Origin: a virus
Strand: one strand, 5' to 3'
DNA length: 64,000 nucleotides
Virus record (IMG/VR): IMGVR_UViG_3300044712_002679
Location: 244,406 to 308,405 of that record
Part shown: positions 27,863 through 37,969 of the stretch, piece after piece
Position numbering within the stretch: position 1 is the first letter of the stretch
Layout: each line of letters opens with the position of its first letter
Notes under the pieces: generated by a model
The model's database searches: none
Seen by the model: the letters and a program-made list of their open reading frames with translations, nothing else
Told to the model about the DNA's origin: nothing
Program-made: the position numbers and the translations under genes

Positions 27863-30457
27863 TTACATATTTTTATTTACGATATCACATATATACATAA
27901 TATCCATACCTGTTAAATCTGGGTTATTAGGTACATATAGACCATACTTATCTACAATATCAGCAAAATCAAATGATTGTTTACCATATTTTTTTATCCA
28001 ATATGGTTGGTTTCCAATTGATCCACAGACTAATGGTCTACAATCAACACCACCATCATCTAATGCTTTTGCAATTTGTTTAATATTCGGATGAATTATA
28101 GGATATGCAAAATTTGCGATTTTACAATGTTCAAAATCTTTAATCTTCCAATAATCATTTTTGATAAATTCTTGATATAATTCATAATTCCATTGTCTAA
28201 ATATACAATTTTTTTCAATTCTGTCCAATTGATGTATTCCAATAAATGCTTGCAAATCAGTTGATCTTAAATTGAATCCTGGATAATAAAATGTATATAA
28301 ATCTTTAAAGTCATCAACATCAAATCCTTCTTTTAATTTTGATTTAAAAGGTTCATCTAAATCACGATCCCAACCATGTGCTCTTATACTTTTAAGAATA
28401 CAATACAAATCATAATCATCAGTACAGACCATCCCACCTTCTATTGTTGAATTATGTAAACATATAGGTTGCCAACCACCAACAAAATTTTCTGTATTTG
28501 GAACACAAAAATCATAAACATATTCATCATTACTATTTATTGTTTCTTTTGATCTAACACACAATAACATTAAATCATTATCGACGAATTTTTTTAATTT
28601 ATCATTATTTAAATATTCAGACTTAAACAATTTAATAAAATCACAACATTTATATGATACGTTATTTTTATTTCTTTTGGAAAATCTTTCAATTTTAAAT
28701 GTTAATTTTTTGTATGGTAATGTATTTTTTATATCAGAAACGATTATTGAATTATCTGATATTTCTACATTAGATATAATGAATTTATATTGTATTTTAT
28801 TATTTGTTTTTCTACCACATATCATTCTATTATTTTCTTTAGATTCAATAATAGAACCATTTAATCCTAACATATTAAATAAATATGAAATTTCATTTAT
28901 TAAATTTTTTGATACACTTGATACCGAAATTCTATTATCATCTACATTTGTGCCATCGCCAGCAAAATAACCATATAAAAATGATGATATATTTTCGTAA
29001 TTTGAATGAAATATAAATTTTGGTATTTGTTTATTTGATGCTCCAGATTTTATATTCAAAAAATCTCTAAAAAATATTAATAAAGTTTCAGATGATATGC
29101 AAATTGCATGGCTATGTTTATCTTCAACAATATCATCATATGATTCTAAATTAAATATTTTTTTTATAATATTTTTTACATCCTTAATATATTCAATTTC
29201 ATTTATATTAAATGAAAAACATAATCCACTTTTTTTGTATGATCCTTCGGCTAAAAAATAACCAATCAATCGACATAAATCTTCTGAAACTTCATATTTA
29301 ATTGGAATATATTTATATTTAGGTGTGTTTTTTTTAGCAATTTTTAAATTATCAGTTTCTGTTATCAAATATTCCAAGGGTAAAACCTTTCTTCTTTTCC
29401 AATTATCTTTGTTTTTATTATCTTTACTATTCCATTTGAACTTTATTTTATCTAAATCAGATTCGTTATGGTTTATTGTAAAATATGTATTTTCAGTTTT
29501 TTTACAAAAATCTAAAAAATTTAATTCTGTTATGGGGTTTGGTTGTGGAATTTTAGATGGTACTACAATATAATCACCAATATTAATATCATTTCCTTTT
29601 TTTGGTATAATGTTAAAATTTTTTGGATCATAAGAAAAAACACTATGATCTTCGGTAATTTCAACATATCTACCATTTGATAATTTTATTTTAAAAACTA
29701 TTTTGTTGTTTAGTTCGTGTTTTATTATATTTGAAGGTGATTTATATTGTGTATTATAATCATCATCGAATGTTATTATTTTTATTTTATTTACATCATA
29801 TTGATATTTATTATAGATATTTTTAATATTATCTATATTAAAAATATCATTTTCATCTAAATATGGTATTGGTGTATTAGATGACACTGACATATGATGA
29901 CCATAATAAAAGGAAAAAGAACTCATTAGACCAAATGATCCTGTTTTAATATCATTATAAAAAGAACCAATACTTTCACATGAATCTTCTAATAAAATAA
30001 TGTTATTTTGTTCACATATTTCTAAAATTTCTTTCATTTTATTAGGAAATCCTAATACGTGAACTAACATTATAACAGAAGGTTTGTGTTCTTTCACAAG
30101 TTTTTTTAGGTGATCAATATCTAATCCTAATGTTTCTTTATCACATTCACAAAGAATTGGATTAAGCCCCAATTGAATAATTGGTGAAACTGTTGTAGTC
30201 CATGACACCGCAGGAACGATTATATTTTTATTTATTAGTCTATCAGACATCAATAAACTATAAATCATTGCTAGATTTGCAGATGAACCAGAATTAAGAA
30301 AAACTGAATATTTTTTATTTTGATATTTAGAATATTTTTCTTCAAATTCTACAGTAAGCTTATTTTTAGTTAAAATAGGATTCGTTTTTAACCATTCTAT
30401 TAAAAGGTTTATATCATTTGCGTCAATTGTGTCTTTAACTAATTTAATTCGTTCCAT
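27863..30457 (-). CDS. DegT/ColD-type PLP-dependent sugar 3-dehydratase/aminotransferase, interrupted by an intein that encodes a LAGLIDADG homing endonuclease
   Basis: N-extein has the DegT fold ('...GSFGLMSSFSFYYGHHM'). C-extein is 'STIEGGMVCTDD...RAHGWDRD...GFNLRSTDLQAFIGIHQL'. The intein has block B 'EITEDHSVFS', two LAGLIDADG motifs ('LIGYFLAEGSY', 'LYGYFAGDGTN'), block G 'VYDFCVPNTENFVGGWQPICLHN' and Ser at +1. The conserved PLP lysine position reads His (verified on the DNA), as in ColD and E1 dehydratases. Confidence 0.75.
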   Translation of the reverse strand: MERIKLVKDTIDANDINLLIEWLKTNPILTKNKLTVEFEEKYSKYQNKKYSVFLNSGSSANLAMIYSLLMSDRLINKNIIVPAVSWTTTVSPIIQLGLNPILCECDKETLGLDIDHLKKLVKEHKPSVIMLVHVLGFPNKMKEILEICEQNNIILLEDSCESIGSFYNDIKTGSFGLMSSFSFYYGHHMSVSSNTPIPYLDENDIFNIDNIKNIYNKYQYDVNKIKIITFDDDYNTQYKSPSNIIKHELNNKIVFKIKLSNGRYVEITEDHSVFSYDPKNFNIIPKKGNDINIGDYIVVPSKIPQPNPITELNFLDFCKKTENTYFTINHNESDLDKIKFKWNSKDNKNKDNWKRRKVLPLEYLITETDNLKIAKKNTPKYKYIPIKYEVSEDLCRLIGYFLAEGSYKKSGLCFSFNINEIEYIKDVKNIIKKIFNLESYDDIVEDKHSHAICISSETLLIFFRDFLNIKSGASNKQIPKFIFHSNYENISSFLYGYFAGDGTNVDDNRISVSSVSKNLINEISYLFNMLGLNGSIIESKENNRMICGRKTNNKIQYKFIISNVEISDNSIIVSDIKNTLPYKKLTFKIERFSKRNKNNVSYKCCDFIKLFKSEYLNNDKLKKFVDNDLMLLCVRSKETINSNDEYVYDFCVPNTENFVGGWQPICLHNSTIEGGMVCTDDYDLYCILKSIRAHGWDRDLDEPFKSKLKEGFDVDDFKDLYTFYYPGFNLRSTDLQAFIGIHQLDRIEKNCIFRQWNYELYQEFIKNDYWKIKDFEHCKIANFAYPIIHPNIKQIAKALDDGGVDCRPLVCGSIGNQPYWIKKYGKQSFDFADIVDKYGLYVPNNPDLTGMDIMYICDIVNKNM

Positions 30458-30462
30458 TTATA

Positions 30463-31308
30463 TTATATTGTTTTTAAAATATTATTAATATTGTTTATAA
30501 TACTATTATTTTCGAATACATTATACCAATATTGCTTTGCTTGACAATTATTATCAGCTATATATTTACTTTCACGTTCCTTATATGAAAAACCAATTAA
30601 TATTTTATTTTCATTTTCCATATTATCACTGATGTGTGTAAAACAAAATGGACCAGATGCTCTACCAATAATAACATCAGTTTTTGTTGATATATAAGAA
30701 ATTTCCAATAAATTTTTGTTAAATCCCAAAATATTATCAACATTAATAATATTATCTTTTATTAAAAAAATATCATTTGTCATAATAAAAATAATATTCG
30801 GATATATATTTGATAAATTGTCTATTATTGGATAAAAATTAAAATTTTCGGATTGACCTGACCACACATTATTATTACAAACTAATACATATTTTTTATT
30901 TGGTTGAATAAAATTGTCAATATTTTGTGTTTCCACTTTTTCAAAATCAACTTTTGGAATATAATATTTAATCGGATTTATTTTAAGATTAAGTTGATCA
31001 TAAATATCACAAAAAACATTATAATTTGCATTTAAATTACAACCAGTTTCATTTAAATATTTGGCTTGTTGTTGACCAACCCATGTATTAATATACAAAT
31101 CATCACCAATCTGTATTACAGATACATCATTTTTTGGTGTTGGTTTTCTAATTTGTTCAATATCAATATCTTTTAATATAGAAAAATCATTACTGTGAAT
31201 ATAGTAATGATTTTTACCAATTTTACTTTTTATATCTTTGATAAATTCTTTTGAATAAAAAACATCACCGTTGTGATAATTGTTAAAAAAATAAACATTT
31301 TCAATCAT
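30463..31308 (-). CDS. paralogue of the N-terminal domain of 4161-5774
   Basis: 'MIENVYFFNNYHNGDVFYSKEFIKDIKSK...VIQIGDDLYINTWVGQQ' is about 70% identical over 280 aa. Confidence 0.45.
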   Translation of the reverse strand: MIENVYFFNNYHNGDVFYSKEFIKDIKSKIGKNHYYIHSNDFSILKDIDIEQIRKPTPKNDVSVIQIGDDLYINTWVGQQQAKYLNETGCNLNANYNVFCDIYDQLNLKINPIKYYIPKVDFEKVETQNIDNFIQPNKKYVLVCNNNVWSGQSENFNFYPIIDNLSNIYPNIIFIMTNDIFLIKDNIINVDNILGFNKNLLEISYISTKTDVIIGRASGPFCFTHISDNMENENKILIGFSYKERESKYIADNNCQAKQYWYNVFENNSIINNINNILKTI

Positions 31309-31322
31309 ATACTTTTGTTAAT

Positions 31323-31658
31323 TTACATCTTATTAAGTTGGTCAATTCTTACTTTAATATCATTATCATAACTATAAAAATAAAAACCATCTTCATTTTC
31401 ATAACAATATTTCCAAGTATTTTTAGTATTATCCCACTCAATAAATATAATTTTGGTATCTAAATTTTTAGATATTACTGTTATATTTTGACCCAATGTA
31501 AATTTTGGTTTTAATTTATTATAATCATTTATAAGTTCTTCTATTGCTTCCGGTGTAAATATTAAATCAATATTATTATCACATTGAATCATAAAATTAC
31601 ATCCAATTTTACACATTTTTACATCTTCTTTTTCTACATTAATTAAAATACGTGCCAT
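31323..31658 (-). CDS. hypothetical protein
   Basis: ORF only. Confidence 0.3.
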   Translation of the reverse strand: MARILINVEKEDVKMCKIGCNFMIQCDNNIDLIFTPEAIEELINDYNKLKPKFTLGQNITVISKNLDTKIIFIEWDNTKNTWKYCYENEDGFYFYSYDNDIKVRIDQLNKM

Positions 31659-31717
31659 AATTATTATTTTTATTTCATTTAAATACTAGAATATATATTT
31701 AACATTTATGATTTTGT

Positions 31718-32563
31718 TTAAAATAACATTGGTTTTATATTAGATATTTTTAATAATTCCATAGTTGTATCATTAAATAAGTCTTCATATAAAATTTTTC
31801 TAGATTTTAAATAAAATATTTTTTCGTTTGATGTTATATTTTCCGATATATCTTCGGTTACATAATCTTCATATTTTAAATTAAAATGTGAATATAAACT
31901 TCTGATAAAATCATTTACAAATATCAATCGACCTGATCCAATAATTTCATCTTGTCTAGCTTTTATAGATTGTTCAACGACAAATTTTGGATGTAATAGT
32001 TCTCTATAAAAATATGTATTACCAATTGTAATTTGTTTTTGATTTATAATCGAATCAAAAATTTTAGAAAATAAAAAACCATCTTTTCGATATATTGAAT
32101 TAAAATTAAATGGATGTAGAACTATTACATTATTATATATTCTATGGATATCTGATATCAACATATCTTTTGATTCTACATAATTTGAAAGTTTATAATT
32201 GAATGGCGTATAAATATTTATTGGACCATCACAATTATTCCACAATTCACTAGTACCATATATTATAACATTATTAGATATTGGACTAAAATAATCAATA
32301 ACTTTAAGTGTATAATCGACATTAGTTTTAAAAAATATTTCCCAATTATCTGTTATATAAGTTCGTTGTTCAGCAAAACAAATATAAACACGATTATAAT
32401 GTTTTTTATATTTTTCAAAATCTATATTTCGTGATGATATTTTTTCATAGTCATCAGGAAAATAGTGTGCCAATTGTGATGTGTTTCCAATTACTAGATT
32501 CATTTTAATTTGTTTATTTCCTTTATTTTTTCTGATCTTAGTTTCCTCGATAAAAATGGACAA
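31718..32563 (-). CDS. RmlD-like 4-keto-6-deoxy-sugar reductase (divergent SDR)
   Basis: 'LVIGNTSQLAHYF' vs RmlD 'TGANGQLG'. 'SNYVESKDM' is YxxxK. Size is about 280 aa. Likely start at the internal 'MNLVIG'. Confidence 0.3.
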   Translation of the reverse strand: MSIFIEETKIRKNKGNKQIKMNLVIGNTSQLAHYFPDDYEKISSRNIDFEKYKKHYNRVYICFAEQRTYITDNWEIFFKTNVDYTLKVIDYFSPISNNVIIYGTSELWNNCDGPINIYTPFNYKLSNYVESKDMLISDIHRIYNNVIVLHPFNFNSIYRKDGFLFSKIFDSIINQKQITIGNTYFYRELLHPKFVVEQSIKARQDEIIGSGRLIFVNDFIRSLYSHFNLKYEDYVTEDISENITSNEKIFYLKSRKILYEDLFNDTTMELLKISNIKPMLF

Positions 32564-32739
32564 TATGTTGGGGTTATTTTATCAGATTTTATATCACCAA
32601 CTAATAATGAATATGATGTTAAATTTTCACCAAGATTTTTGTCGTGATAACATTTATAGTTTCCCAATATTGTGGTTTTGCTTAAATATTTACAACCTTC
32701 ACAAGTAAAAACTGTTATTAATGTTGGACCATTTATCAC
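32500..32739 (-). CDS. small Cys-containing hypothetical protein
   Basis: ORF that partly overlaps 31718-32563. Confidence 0.2.
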   Translation of the reverse strand: MINGPTLITVFTCEGCKYLSKTTILGNYKCYHDKNLGENLTSYSLLVGDIKSDKITPTYCPFLSRKLRSEKIKEINKLK

Positions 32740-32744
32740 TTTTT

Positions 32745-33977
32745 TTATATTTTTTTTATTGTACTTAGAATTTCAAATGCTTTATCCGCAGCATTTTTCC
32801 AAGTAAATTCTTTTCTTATTATTTCAGAATCAATTAAAGCTTTACCTTTATATTTCCAATAATTTATATAAACATCTTTCATAACTTTAGATAAATCATC
32901 AAAATCTGGTTCATAATAATTTCCAACCATATTTGGTATTGGTTTTTCGCCAATTATTTTAACTGGATGTCCTTTACCTTGTGCAAATTCTAATTGCCCA
33001 CTACAATTTGAATAAATTGATGGTGTTCCACACGCCATAGATTCACAAAGTGGAAGTCCCCACCCTTCTGATCTTGAACAAGAAAGATATACATGACCAT
33101 TTTTTAAATAATTTATATAATCATCTTGACTTAAAAAATGTACAATTTTGATTCTATTATCATTAAACCCGAAATGCTTTAATCTATTTTCTGTTGTTAC
33201 TAATCCATCATTTAAAAATTCGTTGTCAACGGATATTATTAAATCAACTGGATCATCATTATTAAAAGTTTTTAAGAAAGTTTCAATAATTTCTTTAGTT
33301 GCTTTTCGATATTCCCATCGACCAAACATTATAAATTTAAATCTATTATCTTTATATGCATCTATATTGTAATTAAAATAAGATGGATTAAAAATAGTTT
33401 CATCAATAGCTTCAGGTACAACAAAAACCTTTTCGGGTGAATAACCTTGTTCTATTATACATTGTTTTTGCCATTCGGATGGACACCAAAATTGATCATA
33501 TTTTTTAAGTAATTCAAAAAAATTATGATCATATTTAGTTGATTCCCAAACATTATACGCTATTTTAATTCCTTTATATTTATCTAAACAATGATAATAA
33601 TGATGATTAGTTTCACTTAGTATAATATCAATTATGTCTTCTTGTTTATATTTATTCAAATATTCAAGACCATCATTAATTTCGCTATCGAAAATGTTAG
33701 CACCATATTTACATGGGTCATTTTCATCACAGTATAACGTTTGTTGACATATTAAATTTCTTTGATAATCTGTTAAATATTTTTCTCCTTTATGTGGATC
33801 ATTATATCGACCATTTGAATTTTTTTGTCCTAATCCGAACCAACTTTTTCCAACTGTAAAATTTTTAATTTTTAAATCTACTAATTGACTTAATGCTGTA
33901 AAAAAATTTCTAGCGTGGGCATTATATCCTGTATGTCCAATAAAACTTGTATGTCCTTTAATAAAAAAATCAGTCAT
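32745..33977 (-). CDS. GT4-family (GT-B) glycosyltransferase
   Basis: 'YLSCSRSEGWGLPLCESMACGTPSIYSN' matches the GT4 'E-G-F-G-L-P-x-L-E-A-M-A-C-G-T-P' motif. Confidence 0.8.
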   Translation of the reverse strand: MTDFFIKGHTSFIGHTGYNAHARNFFTALSQLVDLKIKNFTVGKSWFGLGQKNSNGRYNDPHKGEKYLTDYQRNLICQQTLYCDENDPCKYGANIFDSEINDGLEYLNKYKQEDIIDIILSETNHHYYHCLDKYKGIKIAYNVWESTKYDHNFFELLKKYDQFWCPSEWQKQCIIEQGYSPEKVFVVPEAIDETIFNPSYFNYNIDAYKDNRFKFIMFGRWEYRKATKEIIETFLKTFNNDDPVDLIISVDNEFLNDGLVTTENRLKHFGFNDNRIKIVHFLSQDDYINYLKNGHVYLSCSRSEGWGLPLCESMACGTPSIYSNCSGQLEFAQGKGHPVKIIGEKPIPNMVGNYYEPDFDDLSKVMKDVYINYWKYKGKALIDSEIIRKEFTWKNAADKAFEILSTIKKI

Positions 33978-33993
33978 GAATAATATTTATTTT

Positions 33994-34398
33994 TTAAAAT
34001 AGAACATTCATTTTTGAATATTCTTCCAATATACTTGTCTTTGTCCATATTATACATTGGAATTTGGGTGTAAGTACATTTATTGAATTTTCTTCCAATC
34101 TATTCTTTATAAAATTCTGAACATCATAATAATTATATGAATAATTATTTTCAATGTAATTCCAAATATCATCATAATTACACCAAAGACAATTATTTTT
34201 CCAATCCAACACAAATATACATTTTCCCGTTATTTTATTTGGTTGTAAACACTGTTTACCTTCTATTTTACATATTTTCATTTTTCTAACATATCTAAGA
34301 TCATAGTACATAAAAATACTTTCAGGATAATCATTATGTTTCACATTATAACAATTTTGAAAATAATTATTAAACCATTGTGTTAAATCATCTTTCAT
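33994..34398 (-). CDS. hypothetical protein
   Basis: ORF only. Confidence 0.3.
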   Translation of the reverse strand: MKDDLTQWFNNYFQNCYNVKHNDYPESIFMYYDLRYVRKMKICKIEGKQCLQPNKITGKCIFVLDWKNNCLWCNYDDIWNYIENNYSYNYYDVQNFIKNRLEENSINVLTPKFQCIIWTKTSILEEYSKMNVLF

Positions 34399-34420
34399 TT
34401 TTATTTTATAATATTTATTT

Positions 34421-35221
34421 TCATAAATTATTATGTAATTCCCTTATTTTTTGTATTTTTTGTAATTTTTTCTTTCTATAATATCTTATATCTCTTGCAT
34501 ATATAGTAAAAATGTTTGATTCGGGTATATGTCCAGTTTTAATAAACGAATAATACATTGTCAATTCTTTATTATCATAACTATTATGTTCTTCAAAAAT
34601 AATATTACCATCCATATCAGTTAAAATATAACAAATTACACCAGTTTCATTAGATTGCGATTTTTTTCCAGTAATTAAACACCCATCTTCAACTAAATTA
34701 TTAACAATATAATACATATTATTAATTACTAATCGACCATTTATATCAAAAACAAATTCTATATTTTGTAATTTATTTAAAATATGTTGATAAGTAGTAT
34801 TATTAGATATTATCCAATATGTATTTTGGTTTGATCTTGGAATTCGATTAAGTTTGTATATAATTTCATTTCCACTTATGTTTCGATCATTAATGTCATA
34901 ATACTTACCAAAATCCAAATCATTTTCTCTGGATTTTTTACCTAATTCAGTAACAAGTTTAATATATTCTTTATTTAATTCATCTTTTATAATATTAAAA
35001 ATTTCATAATTGTATGATGAATGTATATTTTTGTTAATGTAAAATTTCAATTTATAAAGTTCTATATGATCAGTTTTTTGTATTATTGAATATCCTTTAC
35101 TAAGATACGGTGAATAACTTTGTGGTGAAACATAACAAATATCAATTACTTTTTTTGATGTTTCTTCTAAAAAATATAATTCATTATTTAAATCGTATAT
35201 TTTAATTTTTGGTATCACCAA
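34421..35221 (-). CDS. hypothetical protein
   Basis: ORF only. Confidence 0.3.
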   Translation of the reverse strand: MVIPKIKIYDLNNELYFLEETSKKVIDICYVSPQSYSPYLSKGYSIIQKTDHIELYKLKFYINKNIHSSYNYEIFNIIKDELNKEYIKLVTELGKKSRENDLDFGKYYDINDRNISGNEIIYKLNRIPRSNQNTYWIISNNTTYQHILNKLQNIEFVFDINGRLVINNMYYIVNNLVEDGCLITGKKSQSNETGVICYILTDMDGNIIFEEHNSYDNKELTMYYSFIKTGHIPESNIFTIYARDIRYYRKKKLQKIQKIRELHNNL

Positions 35222-35289
35222 TTTTAATTATTTTTTAATTATATAACATTTTTATTGTTTTGTTTTTTTAATATATAAAAGAAAAATAT

Positions 35290-35880
35290 TTGATGGAAAA
35301 ATTTACACAAATAAAAGATACACCAATCATACCAGAAGATGAAGTTCTATTTAATGGTAATCATCTTGATATTATTAAATATAAAGATACTGAAATTTTA
35401 CAAACAAAAGATAAAGTTGCAATTCTTCCATATTTTAGAGATGAAGCGACATTTTTAATGCGATTGGAATATACACCAGCTTATATGTATAAAAATCGTG
35501 GTACAAATCTTAGGAATATTACAAATTATTTAACTGTTATTACTGGTGGTATAGATGAAGGTGAAACCCCGGAACAAACGATTAGACGTGAATTATATGA
35601 AGAAGGTGGTATTGTATTAAATAGTATGTTTCAATTTGATGTTCAAGGTCCATATTTTACAGATAAATTTGGCACATCCCAAATTTGGATTTGTTTTTTA
35701 GAATTACCAGTAAACACTTATCGCCAAGTTAAACCACCTACTGATGGTTCTAAACATGAAGAATTATCAAAATGTATTAGGGTTTCTATTGGTGATATTA
35801 ACCAAATAGTTAATAACGATTTATTGAGTAAATATTTAATTGATAAATTAATCAATAGAATAGCACAAGGATCAAGATGA
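35290..35880 (+). CDS. Nudix hydrolase (ADP-ribose/NDP-sugar pyrophosphatase-like)
   Basis: Nudix box 'TGGIDEGETPEQTIRRELYEEGG'. Confidence 0.75.
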   Translation: MMEKFTQIKDTPIIPEDEVLFNGNHLDIIKYKDTEILQTKDKVAILPYFRDEATFLMRLEYTPAYMYKNRGTNLRNITNYLTVITGGIDEGETPEQTIRRELYEEGGIVLNSMFQFDVQGPYFTDKFGTSQIWICFLELPVNTYRQVKPPTDGSKHEELSKCIRVSIGDINQIVNNDLLSKYLIDKLINRIAQGSR

Positions 35881-35933
35881 AATATAAAAGAAAAAATCTT
35901 TTTGATATTAAACATCGAAAAAAATAATATTTT

Positions 35934-36329
35934 ATGAAATATATTAAAAGATATGAAAATATTATAAATATTCAAATAAGTAGTGTTATTGGTGAATATT
36001 TATTCTATAAATTTTTATATTCATTACATAATGATTTGATTAAAATATGTGATGTTCGTATTCAATCTGATTTTTATGTTTGTTTTTATTTTAAATCAAA
36101 TATAACTATAAGTGGTGTTTATTTTGATGACATTATTAATTTAAGAAATCATATATTTGAAACATATAATATAAATAAAAAATATATTTATATAGATAAC
36201 ACAGAAACAAATAGTTTATTATTAGAAATTGTTATACCTATTGAAGATGATTCTTTAGTAAAATTACAAACTGATGCATTCGAAAATTTACAAAAAATTA
36301 AAAAAGCAATAAAATATAATATTATATGA
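35934..36329 (+). CDS. MKYIK..E / KYNI-family small protein
   Basis: Starts 'MKYIKRYEN' and ends 'KKAIKYNII'. Its stop overlaps the next ATG. Confidence 0.4.
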   Translation: MKYIKRYENIINIQISSVIGEYLFYKFLYSLHNDLIKICDVRIQSDFYVCFYFKSNITISGVYFDDIINLRNHIFETYNINKKYIYIDNTETNSLLLEIVIPIEDDSLVKLQTDAFENLQKIKKAIKYNII

Positions 36330-36781
36330 AATATATAAAAACATTTGAAAAAAATCTTTTTGATAAATATAATAAATATGAACAAAAAACAGATGAACTT
36401 AAAAAAATATTAAGTTTAATTACTGAATATCTTGATATCAACGGTCATAAAACTAAAATATATTTAGATAGTAGAAATTGGGAAATAGAATTTGATTCAA
36501 ATGAATTTAAAGGCAAAGTGATATTATCAATATGGAATAATAAAATAAATATAAAAATTAAAACACCCAATTTTAAAGGTAAATTAATAAAATATAATAA
36601 TATTTTTGATTTTTTTATAAATTTTTTAAAAAATCTAGAAGGACTAAAATATGATAATAGTATAAATTTAATGGGTGGTATAGATAATGATTTTCAAGTA
36701 ATAAATTATCAAAAAGTAATTGATAATTTATCTAAAGAAATTGAAATGGTTAAAATTGGTAAAAAATATAACATTTTATAA
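36326..36781 (+). CDS. MKYIKTFE / KKYNI-family small protein
   Basis: Starts 'MKYIKTFEKN' and ends 'IGKKYNIL'. Confidence 0.4.
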   Translation: MKYIKTFEKNLFDKYNKYEQKTDELKKILSLITEYLDINGHKTKIYLDSRNWEIEFDSNEFKGKVILSIWNNKINIKIKTPNFKGKLIKYNNIFDFFINFLKNLEGLKYDNSINLMGGIDNDFQVINYQKVIDNLSKEIEMVKIGKKYNIL

Positions 36782-36823
36782 AATATGATTTAAAAATTAG
36801 ATTTTTTTATTAATATATACAAT

Positions 36824-37006
36824 ATGAAACATATAAAAGCATATGAAGATTACACACTAGTTGAATATGTAGCACCCGAAGGTGAACACACATCATATAA
36901 AAACGAAATTAAGAAAAAAAAACGTAAAAAACGTGGTGAAATGGGTACTATAATAGTTCCACCGAATCACACGAAAGATGTAATATCTTTCAAAAGAACA
37001 GGATGA
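36824..37006 (+). CDS. truncated member of the MKYIK..E family
   Basis: Starts 'MKHIKAYEDY'. Only 60 aa, with no KKYN end. Confidence 0.25.
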   Translation: MKHIKAYEDYTLVEYVAPEGEHTSYKNEIKKKKRKKRGEMGTIIVPPNHTKDVISFKRTG

Positions 37007-37025
37007 AAAAAAAAATTAAAATAAT

Positions 37026-37403
37026 ATGAAAAAAATATCTTTAATGCTTAAAACATTATGGTTAAATTCAAAAACGTGGTTTTTAAATTCAAAATATCAT
37101 GAAGAAATGATAGCAATACCAATTCTTATATTTTTGTTTTATTTATGTAATTATATTTTTACAGCAATGTTTCCAAATAGTGCATTTTTTGATTTCGCAT
37201 CCCAAATAGAAACCATTGTAAATAACATAGTTACGTTTATAATTGCAATAACTGTGGCAAATATTTCACTAAGAATTATATTTCCGAACATTTATAAATA
37301 TTTGAGAAATGAATTTTATAATTTTAATATTGAACAAAAATCAACATATGCAGTTGCTATTTTAATTGCATTCATAATTGCAGCAGCACTTATTTTTGGA
37401 TAA
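37026..37403 (+). CDS. membrane protein (3 TM)
   Basis: Hydrophobic segments only. Confidence 0.35.
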   Translation: MKKISLMLKTLWLNSKTWFLNSKYHEEMIAIPILIFLFYLCNYIFTAMFPNSAFFDFASQIETIVNNIVTFIIAITVANISLRIIFPNIYKYLRNEFYNFNIEQKSTYAVAILIAFIIAAALIFG

Positions 37404-37418
37404 AAAAATTTAATTCAA

Positions 37419-37949
37419 ATGAGAAAATTTATTATAGTTATTATATTTTTACTAATATATGCTGTTCAAGCTGCTAATATAAGCCATTCTGATAGCATTA
37501 GAATTGAATTGGTAGATTCTATCAGCAATCAATTAGATGTTAGGGAAACTTCTTATAATAGGGGTAAAATGGTTGATATTTATAATAAAGAAGTAGGTGT
37601 CCCATTAGGTTCTTCTTGGTGTGGGTCTTTTGTTGGTTCAAATTTAACTTGGCAAGGTGTTGAAAACCCAAATTCTGCATGGTCACCAAATTACGCTACA
37701 AAAGATATTATTTGGAAAGCAAAAAGAAAAAATAATATAACACCAAAATCTGGTGATGTTGTAACTTTCTATTATTCAAATCTTGGTCGTGTGGGACATA
37801 CAGGTTTTTATGTAAAAACAGATAATAATGGTTTTTTTATTACAATAGAAGGTAATACGAATAATGGTGGGTCACGTGAAGGTGATGGTGTATATAAGAA
37901 AAAACGTGATCCAAATAAAGTATACGCAATTAGTAGATATATTAAATAA
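37419..37949 (+). CDS. secreted CHAP-domain (Cys/His) amidase/peptidase
   Basis: Signal peptide 'MRKFIIVIIFLLIYAVQA'. 'GSSWCGSFV' is the catalytic Cys and 'GRVGHTGFYV' the catalytic His. Motif order and spacing are typical of CHAP/NlpC-P60. Confidence 0.55.
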   Translation: MRKFIIVIIFLLIYAVQAANISHSDSIRIELVDSISNQLDVRETSYNRGKMVDIYNKEVGVPLGSSWCGSFVGSNLTWQGVENPNSAWSPNYATKDIIWKAKRKNNITPKSGDVVTFYYSNLGRVGHTGFYVKTDNNGFFITIEGNTNNGGSREGDGVYKKKRDPNKVYAISRYIK

Positions 37950-37969
37950 AAAATAATTTTTTTCAAATT

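Noticed and set aside
28677-29573. ORFs 28677-28970 and 29325-29573 (+)
   Set aside because: Antisense within the intein-containing gene.
27863-30457. The His at the PLP-lysine position read as a sequencing error or an inactive pseudo-enzyme
   Set aside because: The codons CAT-CAT-ATG were verified directly. His-for-Lys is the defining feature of ColD/E1 dehydratases, and the gmd neighbour supplies the matching substrate.
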